64,000 nucleotides of DNA from Oligoflexia bacterium (GTDB taxonomy: Bacteria > Bdellovibrionota > UBA1018): positions 1-64,000 of the forward strand of contig CAVWVI010000003.1 in NCBI GenBank assembly GCA_963758495.1. Direction: 5' to 3'. Position 1 is the stretch's first letter, and every line of letters starts with the position of its first letter. Made by a program: the position numbers and the translations under genes. Below are positions 18,176 to 28,487 of the stretch, piece after piece. The notes under the pieces were generated by a model, which did no database searches, was not told where the DNA came from, and saw only the letters and a program-made list of their open reading frames with translations.

Positions 18176-18338
18176 GATTTTGTCGCGACAAACGGATGGC
18201 CTAAAGCAATCCCCGTATCACGATTCCCCCTTCCCTATTGATGAGTAGCTATCGGCTCTACTTCAGTCATTTCTCATAACATGATCTGAACAGCATGTCG
18301 CAAACTAAAGACGATGACTTCCTGAATCAACCATAAAC

Positions 18339-18378
18339 AAACGGCCTTGGGCACCTTTCGGCAACACCAAGACCGTTT
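18339..18378 (-). terminator. Probable intrinsic terminator of hppA
   Basis: AAACGGCCTTGG...CCAAGACCGTTT hairpin, followed by a T-rich tract on the minus strand. Confidence 0.5.
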
Positions 18379-18412
18379 ACTACTTATTTACCGTTACTGA
18401 TTTTACTTTTAC

Positions 18413-20905
18413 TTATGCACCCGCATGACTTGGGACTGGCTTTTCCTTACGGCTTTTTGCCTCGTCCTTCACACTGGCTTGACTAATACGCATTCCGTAA
18501 AAGGATCTAGCCACAAAGAATAAGCCGACTATGAATAGGAAAACTCCAAAATAGAAAGCCTTTTCTTTAGCAGAAACAGCAATCTCAACAGCCAAAAGAC
18601 CGAAGAGAGTGGTGAATTTGATAATAGGATTCAATGCAACCGAGGAAGTATCTTTATAAGGATCTCCAACGGTATCTCCCACTACAGTAGCAGCATGTAG
18701 CGCTGTTCCTTTTTCCTTAAGATCTACTTCAACCACTTTTTTAGCATTGTCCCAAGCACCACCTGCATTAGCCATAAACATCGCTTGGAATAGACCAAAG
18801 CAAGCAATTGAGATCAAATAGCTAGCAAAGAAAGTAGGGTCGAAGAAAGCAAACGCCAAAGTGAAGCAGAAGATGACACCAAAGATGTTAATCATCCCAG
18901 CTTGAGCATATTGCGTACAAATCTTAACCACTTCCTTGGAGTCTTTTACAGAAGCTTTTTCGGTTGAGTCTAAGCGAATATGTTCCTTAATGTACTCAAC
19001 AGCTCTGTATGCTCCCGTTGTCACAGCTTGCATCGAAGCACCTGTGAACCAATAAATCACGGCTCCACCCGTAATCAACCCAAGAAGAACTCGTGGATCT
19101 AATAGATCGAGTTTCAAGTTGAGCATCAGGATGATCGAAAAAATCATCGTAGTCGCACCGATGACCGCTGTTCCAATCAAAACCGGCTTCGCAGTGGCTT
19201 TGAAAGTATTTCCAGCTGAATCGTTTTCTTCTAATAACTCCTTGCCTTTATGAAAATTCGGTTTAAATCCGAATTCTTTTTCAATTTCCTCACTGATTTT
19301 AGGCAGGCTTTCAATTTGAGAAAGCTCAAATACAGACTGGGCATTATCTGTAACTGGTCCATAGCTATCGACAGCAATAGTGACCGGACCCATTCCTAAA
19401 AATCCAAAGGCAACAAGACCAAAAGCAAATACAGCCGGATAAACCATGAACTGATCTAAACCAGAAGAGCTCGTCACATAAGCGACTAACATGAGCCCCA
19501 CTATGGCCATACCTTTCCAAAATGCACCAAAGTTACCCGCTACAAGTCCTGAAAGGATATTGAGAGAGGCTCCACCTTCTCTAGAAGCACAGACAATTTC
19601 TGCCACGTGCTTAGATTTAGATGAAGTAAACACCTTAGTGAGTTCGGGGATTACGGCTGCTGCAATTGTACCACAGCTAATAATGGTCGAAAGCTTCCAC
19701 CAGAGAGTGTCTCCCATATCCCGAATTAACAAATAGCTTACGCCATAGGTTACAGCGATAGACATCAGGGAGGTGATCCAAACTAAAGAGGTCAAAGGCG
19801 CTTCAAAATCAAATTGATCTTTATCTTCATAAAGAGCCTTTGCGATCGCATCATTGATCCAATAAGAACCGATCGACGTCACAATCATCAGGACACGCAT
19901 CACAAAAATCCAGACAATCAACTTAGCTTGAATGACTTCAAACCCAGGTCCCTGAGCTAACTTCCCATCAGCACCCATGACCATGCCTACAGCAAGGACG
20001 ATAAAGCTAATCAGTGCTACACCCGTCACACCGTAAGTTTCAAAACCATCGGCAGTAGGGCCTACTGAGTCGCCTGCATTATCTCCAGTACAGTCTGCAA
20101 TCACACCCGGATTTCGAGCGTCGTCTTCCTTAATATTAAAAACAATTTTCATTAAATCTGAACCGATATCTGCAATCTTGGTAAAAATACCGCCGCAAAT
20201 ACGAAGTGCAGAAGCACCTAGAGATTCGCCGATTGCAAAGCCGATAAAACAAGCTCCTGCACTTTCACGAGGAACGAACAGGAGAATAAAAATCATCATC
20301 GCGAGTTCAACGCAAATCAAGAGAACACCGATTGACATCCCAGAACGCAAAGGCAATGACATCACTGGGAACGGCTTTCCTCTTAAAGAAGCAAAAGCAG
20401 TTCGGCTATTCGCATAAGTATTGATTCGAATACCAAACCACGCCACTCCATAGGAACCTAAGATTCCAAGAATCGACCACAATAAAATGAGCAATACCCG
20501 AGGCAGCTCCATTCCTTGCAGAACCCAGAAATAATAGAAAATACAAAAACCGATAAAGGTTTCAAGAACAACCAATAGCTTGGCTTGTTGATACATGTAT
20601 GTTTTACAAGTCTCATAAATGAGATGGGAAACTTCTAGCATCGAACGATGGGCAGGAAGATTTTTAACTCTCAAAAACTCAATCAGTCCAAATATCATCC
20701 CCAAAAAAGCAACGACCATTCCCGCACCGAGAAGTGTTGTGCCATCCACTGTTGCACCGAAGAGATTATAAGTCGTGTTTAAAGCTGGAATATGAAGCTC
20801 AGCTTCACTCGCAAAGGCATTTGACTTTAACCCTAGGGCAACGGCTGAAATGATAAAAATACGGATCATAGAGATCCAACTTGCTCTCTTTTTGCTTTGG
20901 CGCAT
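18413..20905 (-). CDS. hppA: Membrane-bound cation-translocating pyrophosphatase
   Basis: GGIFTKIADIGSDL, DCTGDNAGD, DSYGPVTDNA, GGAWDNAKK, GDTVGDPYKDT. Confidence 0.96.
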   Translation of the reverse strand: MRQSKKRASWISMIRIFIISAVALGLKSNAFASEAELHIPALNTTYNLFGATVDGTTLLGAGMVVAFLGMIFGLIEFLRVKNLPAHRSMLEVSHLIYETCKTYMYQQAKLLVVLETFIGFCIFYYFWVLQGMELPRVLLILLWSILGILGSYGVAWFGIRINTYANSRTAFASLRGKPFPVMSLPLRSGMSIGVLLICVELAMMIFILLFVPRESAGACFIGFAIGESLGASALRICGGIFTKIADIGSDLMKIVFNIKEDDARNPGVIADCTGDNAGDSVGPTADGFETYGVTGVALISFIVLAVGMVMGADGKLAQGPGFEVIQAKLIVWIFVMRVLMIVTSIGSYWINDAIAKALYEDKDQFDFEAPLTSLVWITSLMSIAVTYGVSYLLIRDMGDTLWWKLSTIISCGTIAAAVIPELTKVFTSSKSKHVAEIVCASREGGASLNILSGLVAGNFGAFWKGMAIVGLMLVAYVTSSSGLDQFMVYPAVFAFGLVAFGFLGMGPVTIAVDSYGPVTDNAQSVFELSQIESLPKISEEIEKEFGFKPNFHKGKELLEENDSAGNTFKATAKPVLIGTAVIGATTMIFSIILMLNLKLDLLDPRVLLGLITGGAVIYWFTGASMQAVTTGAYRAVEYIKEHIRLDSTEKASVKDSKEVVKICTQYAQAGMINIFGVIFCFTLAFAFFDPTFFASYLISIACFGLFQAMFMANAGGAWDNAKKVVEVDLKEKGTALHAATVVGDTVGDPYKDTSSVALNPIIKFTTLFGLLAVEIAVSAKEKAFYFGVFLFIVGLFFVARSFYGMRISQASVKDEAKSRKEKPVPSHAGA

Positions 20906-21147
20906 TACTATTTTTTCCTCATCTTAATTATATAATTATAGAGATTGAGCCTTACCCTTACCTAGCTTTTAAACTTTTGTAAAGTGTCTTGCTTTTGTCT
21001 GGTTTCTTCTTTTGATTCGTTCCCTGACCCACCGACCTCAAAATGACTGAGCGCAATAAATATTCAATTTACTGTTCCCGACTGATCGAATCAGGTGGCT
21101 TTGAGCTCTCGTATAGTTTAGAATGCTGCATATATAAAGAGGTGCAT

Positions 21148-23946
21148 ATGGCCGCAAAAAATTTAAATAGTTTTCATACAACCACGACACTCACACTCAA
21201 AGGTAAGAACTTTTACTTTCACTCTCTCCCCGCATTTTCAAAAGCAAGTGGAAAAGATATTTCAAAACTTCCTTTTTCTTTAAAAATCCTTCTTGAAAAC
21301 CTTTTGCGCCATGAAGATGGTATCACTGTAAAAAAGAAGGATATCGAAGCCCTCGCTCATTGGAATGCTAAAGCTGCACCTAAAGATGAGATTCAATTCA
21401 TGCCTGCTCGAGTGCTCCTTCAAGATTTTACGGGGGTACCCGCAGTTGCTGACCTCGCAGCGATGAGAGGCGCCATTCAGCGGCTAGGTGGAAATCCAAA
21501 TTTAATTAACCCACTTCAACCTGCGGATTTAGTCATCGATCACTCCGTCCAAGTGGATCAATATGGGACTCCCGACTCATTTAAGGTGAATGCTGAACTC
21601 GAATTCGAAAGAAATTCAGAGCGCTATCAATTTCTTAAATGGGGACAAAAAGCCTTTCAAAATTTTCGAGTGGTTCCTCCAGACACAGGAATTGTTCATC
21701 AAGTGAACTTGGAATACCTTGCCCATGTCGCAATGACTCGCGAAATAGATCAGAATGAATGGGTCTATCCCGATACTCTTGTAGGCACAGATTCTCACAC
21801 CACCATGATTAACGGCCTCGGTTGTTTGGGTTGGGGTGTCGGCGGAATTGAAGCTGAAGCTGCGCTCTTAGGACAACCTTGCTCCATGCTCATTCCTCTT
21901 GTTGTTGGTCTTAAACTCACTGGAAAACTGCCTGCCGGAACTACTGCTACAGATTTAGTTTTAACAGTAACTCAACTTCTTAGAAAAAAAGGAGTGGTGG
22001 GTAAATTTGTTGAATTCTATGGACCCGGCCTTGCCAATCTCAGCCTTGCAGATCGCGCAACCTTGGCAAATATGGCGCCTGAATATGGTGCAACTGTTGG
22101 AATTTTTCCAGTAGATGAGGTCACCACTCAGTACCTCCATTTAACAGGTCGAGGAGATCAAGTTCCACTGATTGAAGCTTACTACAAAGAACAAGGCCTC
22201 TGGTATTCTCCAGATCAACCAGAACCTTCCTACTCGGACCAATATGAGCTTGACTTAAATCAGATTGAACCGAGCCTGGCAGGACCTGCACGACCTCAAG
22301 ATCGAGTTTCACTAGGCGCAGCTCGGAGTTCGTTTAGAACCTCCCTGATTTCCTTACTTCAAGATCAATTAAAGTATTTGGACAAAGATACCTATACACG
22401 CTGGATCCAAGAAGGAGGCAATCCCTCTTCAGTTGCTCCAGAGCTTGAAAATCAACATCCTGATTTGAATTTGGGTGTGTTGGGAAAAACAATTCCCGTC
22501 AAACAACCTGACGGCTCTTCGTACAATCTCTGTCATGGATCTATTGTGATTGCAGCAATCACAAGCTGTACCAATACCTCCAACCCTGCTGTACTGATGG
22601 CTGCAGGTCTACTTGCAAAGAATGCTGTCGCTCGTGGCCTTCAAGTGAAACCTTGGGTAAAAACCAGTCTTGCTCCGGGATCTAAAGTCGTCACTGATTA
22701 TTTAACTGAAGCGGGACTCATGCCCTATTTGGAATCTTTAAAATTCAATCTAGTCGGCTATGGCTGCACTACTTGCATTGGAAATAGTGGACCCCTTCCA
22801 GATTGGATTTCCAAAGCTGTAGTCGATGGAGACCTTGCTGTGGCAGCAGTTCTTTCAGGAAATCGAAACTTTGAAGGAAGAATTAATCCTCATGTACGCG
22901 CAAACTACCTGGCCTCTCCCCCTCTCGTAGTTGCCTATGCCCTCGCCGGCAATATCAATATTAATTTAACCACTGATTCCCTAGGAAAAGATCGGGATGG
23001 AAAACCAGTCTACTTAAAAGATATTTGGCCGACTCCCGAACAAGTTTCTCAACAAGTTGCGAAACACGTGACCTCAGCGCAATTCCACAACAGCTATAGT
23101 GATGTCTTTTCAGGATCAAAAGAATGGAGTGACCTTCAAATCCCAACAGGAGAACTTTATAAATGGGAGAAAACTTCCACATACATTAAAGAACCTCCAT
23201 TTTTTGATGGAATCACAGCACAACCGGCTCCTCTACAGGATATCAAAGGAGCCCGTATCCTTGCTTATCTTGGCGACTCGGTCACTACCGACCATATTTC
23301 ACCGGCAGGATCGATTGGAAAATCCACCCCTGCAGGTCAATACCTTTTAAAAGAAGGTGTTCAAATAAAAGACTTCAACTCTTATGGTGCTCGACGAGGA
23401 AATCATGAAGTCATGGTTCGTGGCACATTTGCTAATATTCGGCTCAAAAACTTACTGGTTCCAGGCATCGAAGGAGGAGTTACAAACTATCTTCCAAATG
23501 ATAAACAGATGTCAATTTACGATGCCTCCATGGAGTATCAAGCTCATCAGATTCCCTTGATGATCATTGCGGGCAAAGAATATGGAACAGGATCTTCACG
23601 AGATTGGGCTGCAAAAGGACCTAAACTACTCGGTATTCGAGCTGTCATTGCAGAAAGTTTCGAAAGAATCCATCGTTCAAACCTGGTTGGAATGGGAATC
23701 CTTCCATTACAATTTCTCCCCGGAGACACAGCAAAGAGCCTTGGAATCACCGGCACTGAAACGTTTGAAATAACAGGAATATCCACCCTCACTTCAGGAC
23801 AAAAAGTAACCGTAAAAGTGCAATATACTGATAGTTCTACTAATACGTTTACAGTTTTATCGCGAATTGATACCCCCAATGAAGTGGAATACTTTCGGCA
23901 TGGTGGAATTCTTCCCTATGTTTTAAGGCAAACACTCAAACAATAA
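21148..23946 (+). CDS. acnA: Aconitate hydratase A
   Basis: QDFTGVP, DHSVQVD, GTDSHTT, TSCTNTSNP, GCTTCIGNSG, TTDHISPAG; ATG 21148 follows SD GAGG. Confidence 0.98.
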   Translation: MAAKNLNSFHTTTTLTLKGKNFYFHSLPAFSKASGKDISKLPFSLKILLENLLRHEDGITVKKKDIEALAHWNAKAAPKDEIQFMPARVLLQDFTGVPAVADLAAMRGAIQRLGGNPNLINPLQPADLVIDHSVQVDQYGTPDSFKVNAELEFERNSERYQFLKWGQKAFQNFRVVPPDTGIVHQVNLEYLAHVAMTREIDQNEWVYPDTLVGTDSHTTMINGLGCLGWGVGGIEAEAALLGQPCSMLIPLVVGLKLTGKLPAGTTATDLVLTVTQLLRKKGVVGKFVEFYGPGLANLSLADRATLANMAPEYGATVGIFPVDEVTTQYLHLTGRGDQVPLIEAYYKEQGLWYSPDQPEPSYSDQYELDLNQIEPSLAGPARPQDRVSLGAARSSFRTSLISLLQDQLKYLDKDTYTRWIQEGGNPSSVAPELENQHPDLNLGVLGKTIPVKQPDGSSYNLCHGSIVIAAITSCTNTSNPAVLMAAGLLAKNAVARGLQVKPWVKTSLAPGSKVVTDYLTEAGLMPYLESLKFNLVGYGCTTCIGNSGPLPDWISKAVVDGDLAVAAVLSGNRNFEGRINPHVRANYLASPPLVVAYALAGNININLTTDSLGKDRDGKPVYLKDIWPTPEQVSQQVAKHVTSAQFHNSYSDVFSGSKEWSDLQIPTGELYKWEKTSTYIKEPPFFDGITAQPAPLQDIKGARILAYLGDSVTTDHISPAGSIGKSTPAGQYLLKEGVQIKDFNSYGARRGNHEVMVRGTFANIRLKNLLVPGIEGGVTNYLPNDKQMSIYDASMEYQAHQIPLMIIAGKEYGTGSSRDWAAKGPKLLGIRAVIAESFERIHRSNLVGMGILPLQFLPGDTAKSLGITGTETFEITGISTLTSGQKVTVKVQYTDSSTNTFTVLSRIDTPNEVEYFRHGGILPYVLRQTLKQ

Positions 23947-23963
23947 TTGCTGGTATTAAATTT

Positions 23964-24287
23964 ATGGAAAGATTCCAAAAACTAGAACTGATTCAACGCT
24001 CTCTGGGTATCCGCCATAAGCTTAAAGTCCATGAAAGTATGAAAGCACCTGATACACACGAAGATCTTGCCATTTTATTACTTTCAAAATGGGAACTTGA
24101 AGACGAACTTCGGGCGATTGAGGAAATTCTAGCTGAATCCCGACTTGCAGCGGTTGCATTTAAAAAATCAACCTATCAACGAGAAGGTACAGTATTTGGA
24201 CGAGAAGCAAGAGAAGCTCGTGAAGTGAGAGAATCCTCTAGAAGAAAAACAGCAGAGCAAATTCTAAGTGATTCTTTAAAAGCTTAA
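23964..24287 (+). CDS. Hypothetical helical protein
   Basis: 107-aa ORF directly downstream of acnA. Confidence 0.7.
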   Translation: MERFQKLELIQRSLGIRHKLKVHESMKAPDTHEDLAILLLSKWELEDELRAIEEILAESRLAAVAFKKSTYQREGTVFGREAREAREVRESSRRKTAEQILSDSLKA

Positions 24288-24341
24288 AAAGCTAGCCGCT
24301 TATTTGGATCAACCAGCCGTTATGCCTGTCAACAGCAGGCA

Positions 24342-25256
24342 TTAACTGTTGGCTTCTACGAATATTTCGGCTTTGTTCATTTTCTTCAGCAATCGATTAA
24401 TATGCCTGCGTAAGAAAAACCCATTCAACCCCAGCTCAAAACGATCTCCAAACGTCAAAGCATAAGAGGCCAAATCCATGTTCCAACCCCAAGGAAGCTC
24501 GCGGGTAGCGGCAAACTTTAAGACAATTGCGGCAATAATGCCTGATAAGAGATCAGCAGAACACCCAAGCTGGGATGCTGGTATTTCCGGACTTTCCAAC
24601 AAATCAACAAACAACTGAAGGGAATGAGATGGCATGGCTTCAATCGGAAACATCGTCAATAGACCCTGAATTGGATTCTTAGTTTTCTTACAGGCCTCCA
24701 ATCGTCCACCGATAGGCTGAACTGACGATTTACGGTAATCAAATACATAACCCATTTGGCAAAAACCAGGATCGAGTGGAGAAAGAACGGGTCTCCTTGC
24801 TTTTTTTGCGACTTCATGAAGATGAAATTTTAACTGAATAGATTCCTGTACCGTTACATCAACTGCATCAATCACCAGATCCGCCCACTCAATAAGAGTG
24901 TCAAGATTTTCACGGGTCACTCCCTCAGGAAAGGCAACTACATCTGCAAAAGGATTAATTCGAGAAACCTCCTGAGCATGAAAAGAAGACTTATTGACCC
25001 CAACTTGGTCAATAAAAGTATGTTGCCGATTCAGATTACTCAGCTCATAAGTACCGTTATCCGATAATCGAAACTGTGTCACTCCAAGACGAGCCAAAGG
25101 CTCTATACATGCACCGCCCGCCGCTCCACACCCCGCAATAAACACCCTTAAACCTTTGAGTTGCCCCTGAGTTGGTAAGGATATAAAATGCCGATTTCGC
25201 GTGGTTAACTGACTATAAAACTCATCAGAGCCCATTGACCGAAAGTCTAGATTCAT
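24342..25256 (-). CDS. ThiF/MoeB/E1-family adenylyltransferase
   Basis: IAGCGAAGG, D....SNLNRQ, GVNK, INPFA, VIDAVD; no Zn CxxC pairs or rhodanese domain seen. Confidence 0.88.
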   Translation of the reverse strand: MNLDFRSMGSDEFYSQLTTRNRHFISLPTQGQLKGLRVFIAGCGAAGGACIEPLARLGVTQFRLSDNGTYELSNLNRQHTFIDQVGVNKSSFHAQEVSRINPFADVVAFPEGVTRENLDTLIEWADLVIDAVDVTVQESIQLKFHLHEVAKKARRPVLSPLDPGFCQMGYVFDYRKSSVQPIGGRLEACKKTKNPIQGLLTMFPIEAMPSHSLQLFVDLLESPEIPASQLGCSADLLSGIIAAIVLKFAATRELPWGWNMDLASYALTFGDRFELGLNGFFLRRHINRLLKKMNKAEIFVEANS

Positions 25257-25383
25257 AATATTAAGTATACCTTTCCATACGGTTGAATTTGAGTTAAATT
25301 TTCTTAACCACGAATCATCTTCAGGACTTACCTCATTATTTGAACTTAAGCTCTCTCAGGTGACATCCGATAAAAGTATTGAA

Positions 25384-25406
25384 AATAAGAGATCTCTTCT
25401 CTTATT
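25384..25406. promoter_or_regulatory. Palindrome in divergent promoter region (candidate operator)
   Basis: AATAAGAGA-N5-TCTCTTATT, 18 nt upstream of GTG 25425. Confidence 0.4.
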
Positions 25407-25424
25407 AACAAGGATGACTAACCC

Positions 25425-26198
25425 GTGGACTTTAAATTACAAAAAAAATTAAAAAATTTAGTAATGGTCATACTTAAATGCCCATATCTAAATTGGCATA
25501 ATAAAAATACGCGAGAATTATTTACAAAAATGATTAGTTTAAAACTAGAAGGTTACCAACGAAAACACTTCTTTGGAGTTATGCCTATTGATCAAACAGA
25601 CTATATTGCCAATCACCTTTTGATTTGTAAAAAAGAGAAAAATGGGGATCTTATCCCTATTTCCGGTGTCAAATCGCTTCCTTATGATTTTTGCAAAGTA
25701 TTCAGAACAGACTTTACAATCGAATTATTTTTAAAAAAAGATAATCAATTAGAGCACCTTCATTATGTACAAAACCTTATTAAGGAAAGCCAAGAATCTC
25801 AACGACGCATTTCATACTATAGCTCTTGGACTCAAAGCCCCAGTATTCGAAGTGATTTCGAACTCGTTCAAATATTAAAAGAGTTATTTGCAGCAATGAC
25901 AGTTTTACACCATCGAGAGGAAAAAACTCCTGATCTACTCGGCTTGGGATTACCCAAATTTAAAACTGATTCATTTTTCTATTCCTGGGGTTTTGAAAGG
26001 GCAAAATTAGACAAAAAGGAATTAGTGAATATCCCACTCCGTTTTCTTGGAGGAATTGATTGTGTTGTGATGCATCTCAAACATTATAGTGATTACGCGA
26101 AAGAGATGTCAAATAAGTATCTCAACGTTTGGATGAATCGGGTTTCGGTAGGAAAATCCTTCAATCCTGACACAGAACAAGAAAATATCGCAGCCTAA
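25425..26198 (+). CDS. Hypothetical protein with LuxI/FeeM-like (GNAT) acyltransferase features
   Basis: Pattern LKLEGY...IDQTDYIANHLLI...ISGVKSLP...FFYSWGFE parallels acyl-HSL / N-acyl amino acid synthase motifs; divergent. Confidence 0.5.
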   Translation: MDFKLQKKLKNLVMVILKCPYLNWHNKNTRELFTKMISLKLEGYQRKHFFGVMPIDQTDYIANHLLICKKEKNGDLIPISGVKSLPYDFCKVFRTDFTIELFLKKDNQLEHLHYVQNLIKESQESQRRISYYSSWTQSPSIRSDFELVQILKELFAAMTVLHHREEKTPDLLGLGLPKFKTDSFFYSWGFERAKLDKKELVNIPLRFLGGIDCVVMHLKHYSDYAKEMSNKYLNVWMNRVSVGKSFNPDTEQENIAA

Positions 26199-26213
26199 TG
26201 GCCTTTCATCAAA

Positions 26214-27101
26214 TTATGCACTAAACTTCAAAACATAGAGAGTTTCATCATTATCCCGATAAATAGACTTCTGCTCAGTAATTTCTAAAAGCTTTTCTTG
26301 GTTACTTTGATTCGCTCTCAAAAATTTAGATAAACTTTTCAATTTATTTTCTCTAAATATATCAAGAAAAATGTGAGAATTCGCTGAAAGCACATTAAAA
26401 TGGTCGGCAATTTGTATCAAAGGTTTGATACTGAAATAGATCTGATTTTCTTTTTGCTCAAAAGCATAATCAAAAATTTGATCATACTTACGTATTTCCT
26501 TTAAATACGTAAGTATAAGGTCCTTTTCAGTTTTACATGCTCGATATTGACAAGATAAATGCCCATGAGTACTCTCAAATGCATAATACTTTCCAACTTC
26601 GGCAAAGGCCAACTCATCGGTCTCTTGGTTTTGAAAAATAGCTTCTACAAAGTCATCTAAAAAAATGAGGTTAATTTGGTTATCAAGAATTCTAAAAAAA
26701 AGAGGTTCGACTTGAAAACCTTCAATTACTCTTTGTATTTGAGTGGGGCCAAATGACCGCGAAGCATATTCTAACAATGGAATAAGCTCTCTTACTTTTA
26801 TGCATTTGTTATTCGCATAGCGTAAAGGTAACAGAAATCCATTTTCGTATTTCTGTGAGTTAATATTCACGATCGATTCAAAATCCATATAACCGAATCT
26901 ACATGAATCCGGCCTAATCTTAAGTAAGCTCGCAATTTGAAACCAAAAATCTACAGTAGGAATCAGTAATTCACGCTCAACCCTAGAAAGGGTGGGTTGA
27001 GACACATTCAAAAGAGAAGCAAGCTCTCTTTGGCTTAATCCATGCATTCTTCTAGCACAAGCAATGATCTTACCCATATTGAGAAGCATGCTATCGTTCA
27101 T
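26214..27101 (-). CDS. XRE-family HTH regulator with C-terminal putative ligand-binding domain
   Basis: RRMHGLSQRELASLLNVSQPTLSRVE HTH; C-terminal region resembles the upstream paralog. Confidence 0.8.
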   Translation of the reverse strand: MNDSMLLNMGKIIACARRMHGLSQRELASLLNVSQPTLSRVERELLIPTVDFWFQIASLLKIRPDSCRFGYMDFESIVNINSQKYENGFLLPLRYANNKCIKVRELIPLLEYASRSFGPTQIQRVIEGFQVEPLFFRILDNQINLIFLDDFVEAIFQNQETDELAFAEVGKYYAFESTHGHLSCQYRACKTEKDLILTYLKEIRKYDQIFDYAFEQKENQIYFSIKPLIQIADHFNVLSANSHIFLDIFRENKLKSLSKFLRANQSNQEKLLEITEQKSIYRDNDETLYVLKFSA

Positions 27102-28054
27102 TATTTTATCCTACATATCATTTTATTGTTATTGTTATTGTTATTGTTTTTTAAATAGGGTCGACCGAATTGAATGAGATATTTACAACAACTTCCATCA
27201 TCATGAACACAATGAGTTTCTGTCACTTTCGAATCTTCAAATCCAATATAACGCGTAACAGCACTTAGCGCGCCTTTTCTATAGATACAACGCTCTTTTC
27301 CTGCAATTTTTCTCACACGAAAAGCATCCAAAAGATCCGGAATTTCATGTGATTCTACCTCACAACAAAAATAATTCAATTTTGTAATTTGATAACGATT
27401 ATTTTTTTCAATAAGTAAAATACTCTCACTAAAATACTTTTCAAACATTTCGTTTGGCAATAAGCATGTTGATAAAGACTCCTCAAAAGTGGTACGTCGA
27501 CTTGATTCAACACTATGAATCCCAATATTGAAAATCTGTGTTTCTCCAAGACCCACAGTACGTAAATATTTAAGCACATCTTCAAATAAATAGACATTCA
27601 TACGGTCATTCGGGTCTGCTTGATCTATATCTTGAATCTGAAAATATCGAAATAAATCTTCCTTAATACTCCAATGAAAATAAAGACCCAGATAGGAAGA
27701 TACTGTTTGAAGTAACCGTTTTTTGCTAAAAGCCTGAAAAGTATATTTTTCAGGTAAATAATTAAAATTTTTAATATGTTGCTGTCTCAAAATCTCAAAG
27801 TCAACTTGGTCTGCACTAAATGCTTCGACACTAAAATTAAAATGATCCGCTAGCCTTATTAATTCGCTAATTTTTACGGGTCGAGAATGCTCTTTGAACT
27901 TATCGTATTCAGTTATTTCTAATTTCAAAACATCGGCTAGATAAGAATCACTTAAATTAAGAACAGATTGAAGTCGACTTATAAACTGAACTGTTTTTAC
28001 GTCGTAGGCTCCTTGACCTTTTCGAGTTGATATCTTACCTTTTGCCACTATCAT
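27101..28054 (-). CDS. HTH regulator with C-terminal V4R-like domain
   Basis: N-terminal XRE-like helices; C-terminal CIYRKG...VTETHCVHDDGSCCKY matches the V4R Cys pattern. Confidence 0.7.
   Translation of the reverse strand: MIVAKGKISTRKGQGAYDVKTVQFISRLQSVLNLSDSYLADVLKLEITEYDKFKEHSRPVKISELIRLADHFNFSVEAFSADQVDFEILRQQHIKNFNYLPEKYTFQAFSKKRLLQTVSSYLGLYFHWSIKEDLFRYFQIQDIDQADPNDRMNVYLFEDVLKYLRTVGLGETQIFNIGIHSVESSRRTTFEESLSTCLLPNEMFEKYFSESILLIEKNNRYQITKLNYFCCEVESHEIPDLLDAFRVRKIAGKERCIYRKGALSAVTRYIGFEDSKVTETHCVHDDGSCCKYLIQFGRPYLKNNNNNNNNKMICRIK
27123..27146. repeat. (TTATTG)x4 microsatellite encoding poly-Asn
   Basis: Four perfect hexamers giving NNNNNNNN near the C-terminus of ORF 27101-28054. 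Confidence 0.85.
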
Positions 28055-28487
28055 AGCGTACGGTAACTTACTTTATTTTCAAAAAAATTAAATAGCTTAT
28101 TTAGACGCTTCTCCCAATCGAGCTTAATCACATCCTGTTGGATCAAGGCTATTCAACTCAGTCTAGGTGGAGTTAAAAGCAAGACTCTCCTCAGTGCCCT
28201 TTAAAATATCTGACAATATTTATCCACTTAAGACTATTCTAGCCAAGCATTTCTAAAATGTTATTTATGAAGGGGATTTTTTATTACTTTTAGAAATAAA
28301 TGAATCCAATGAAAGATCTCCCGCGTAAACACGCGAGATTTATGGACGGCAAGGAAGAAGGCATTTTAAAGATTTGCACAATCCCTCATCCAAAAAGAGC
28401 TTGAAATCCACATAAAAAGCAAAACATGGCTAAAATTAGCTATTATTCCAACTGGCACTTACCCTCAGTATATGCGAAAAAGAGATC

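Noticed and set aside
28055..28487. Search for a RiPP precursor peptide for the ThiF enzyme
   Set aside because: No convincing small ORF with SD was found by eye in this intergenic region.
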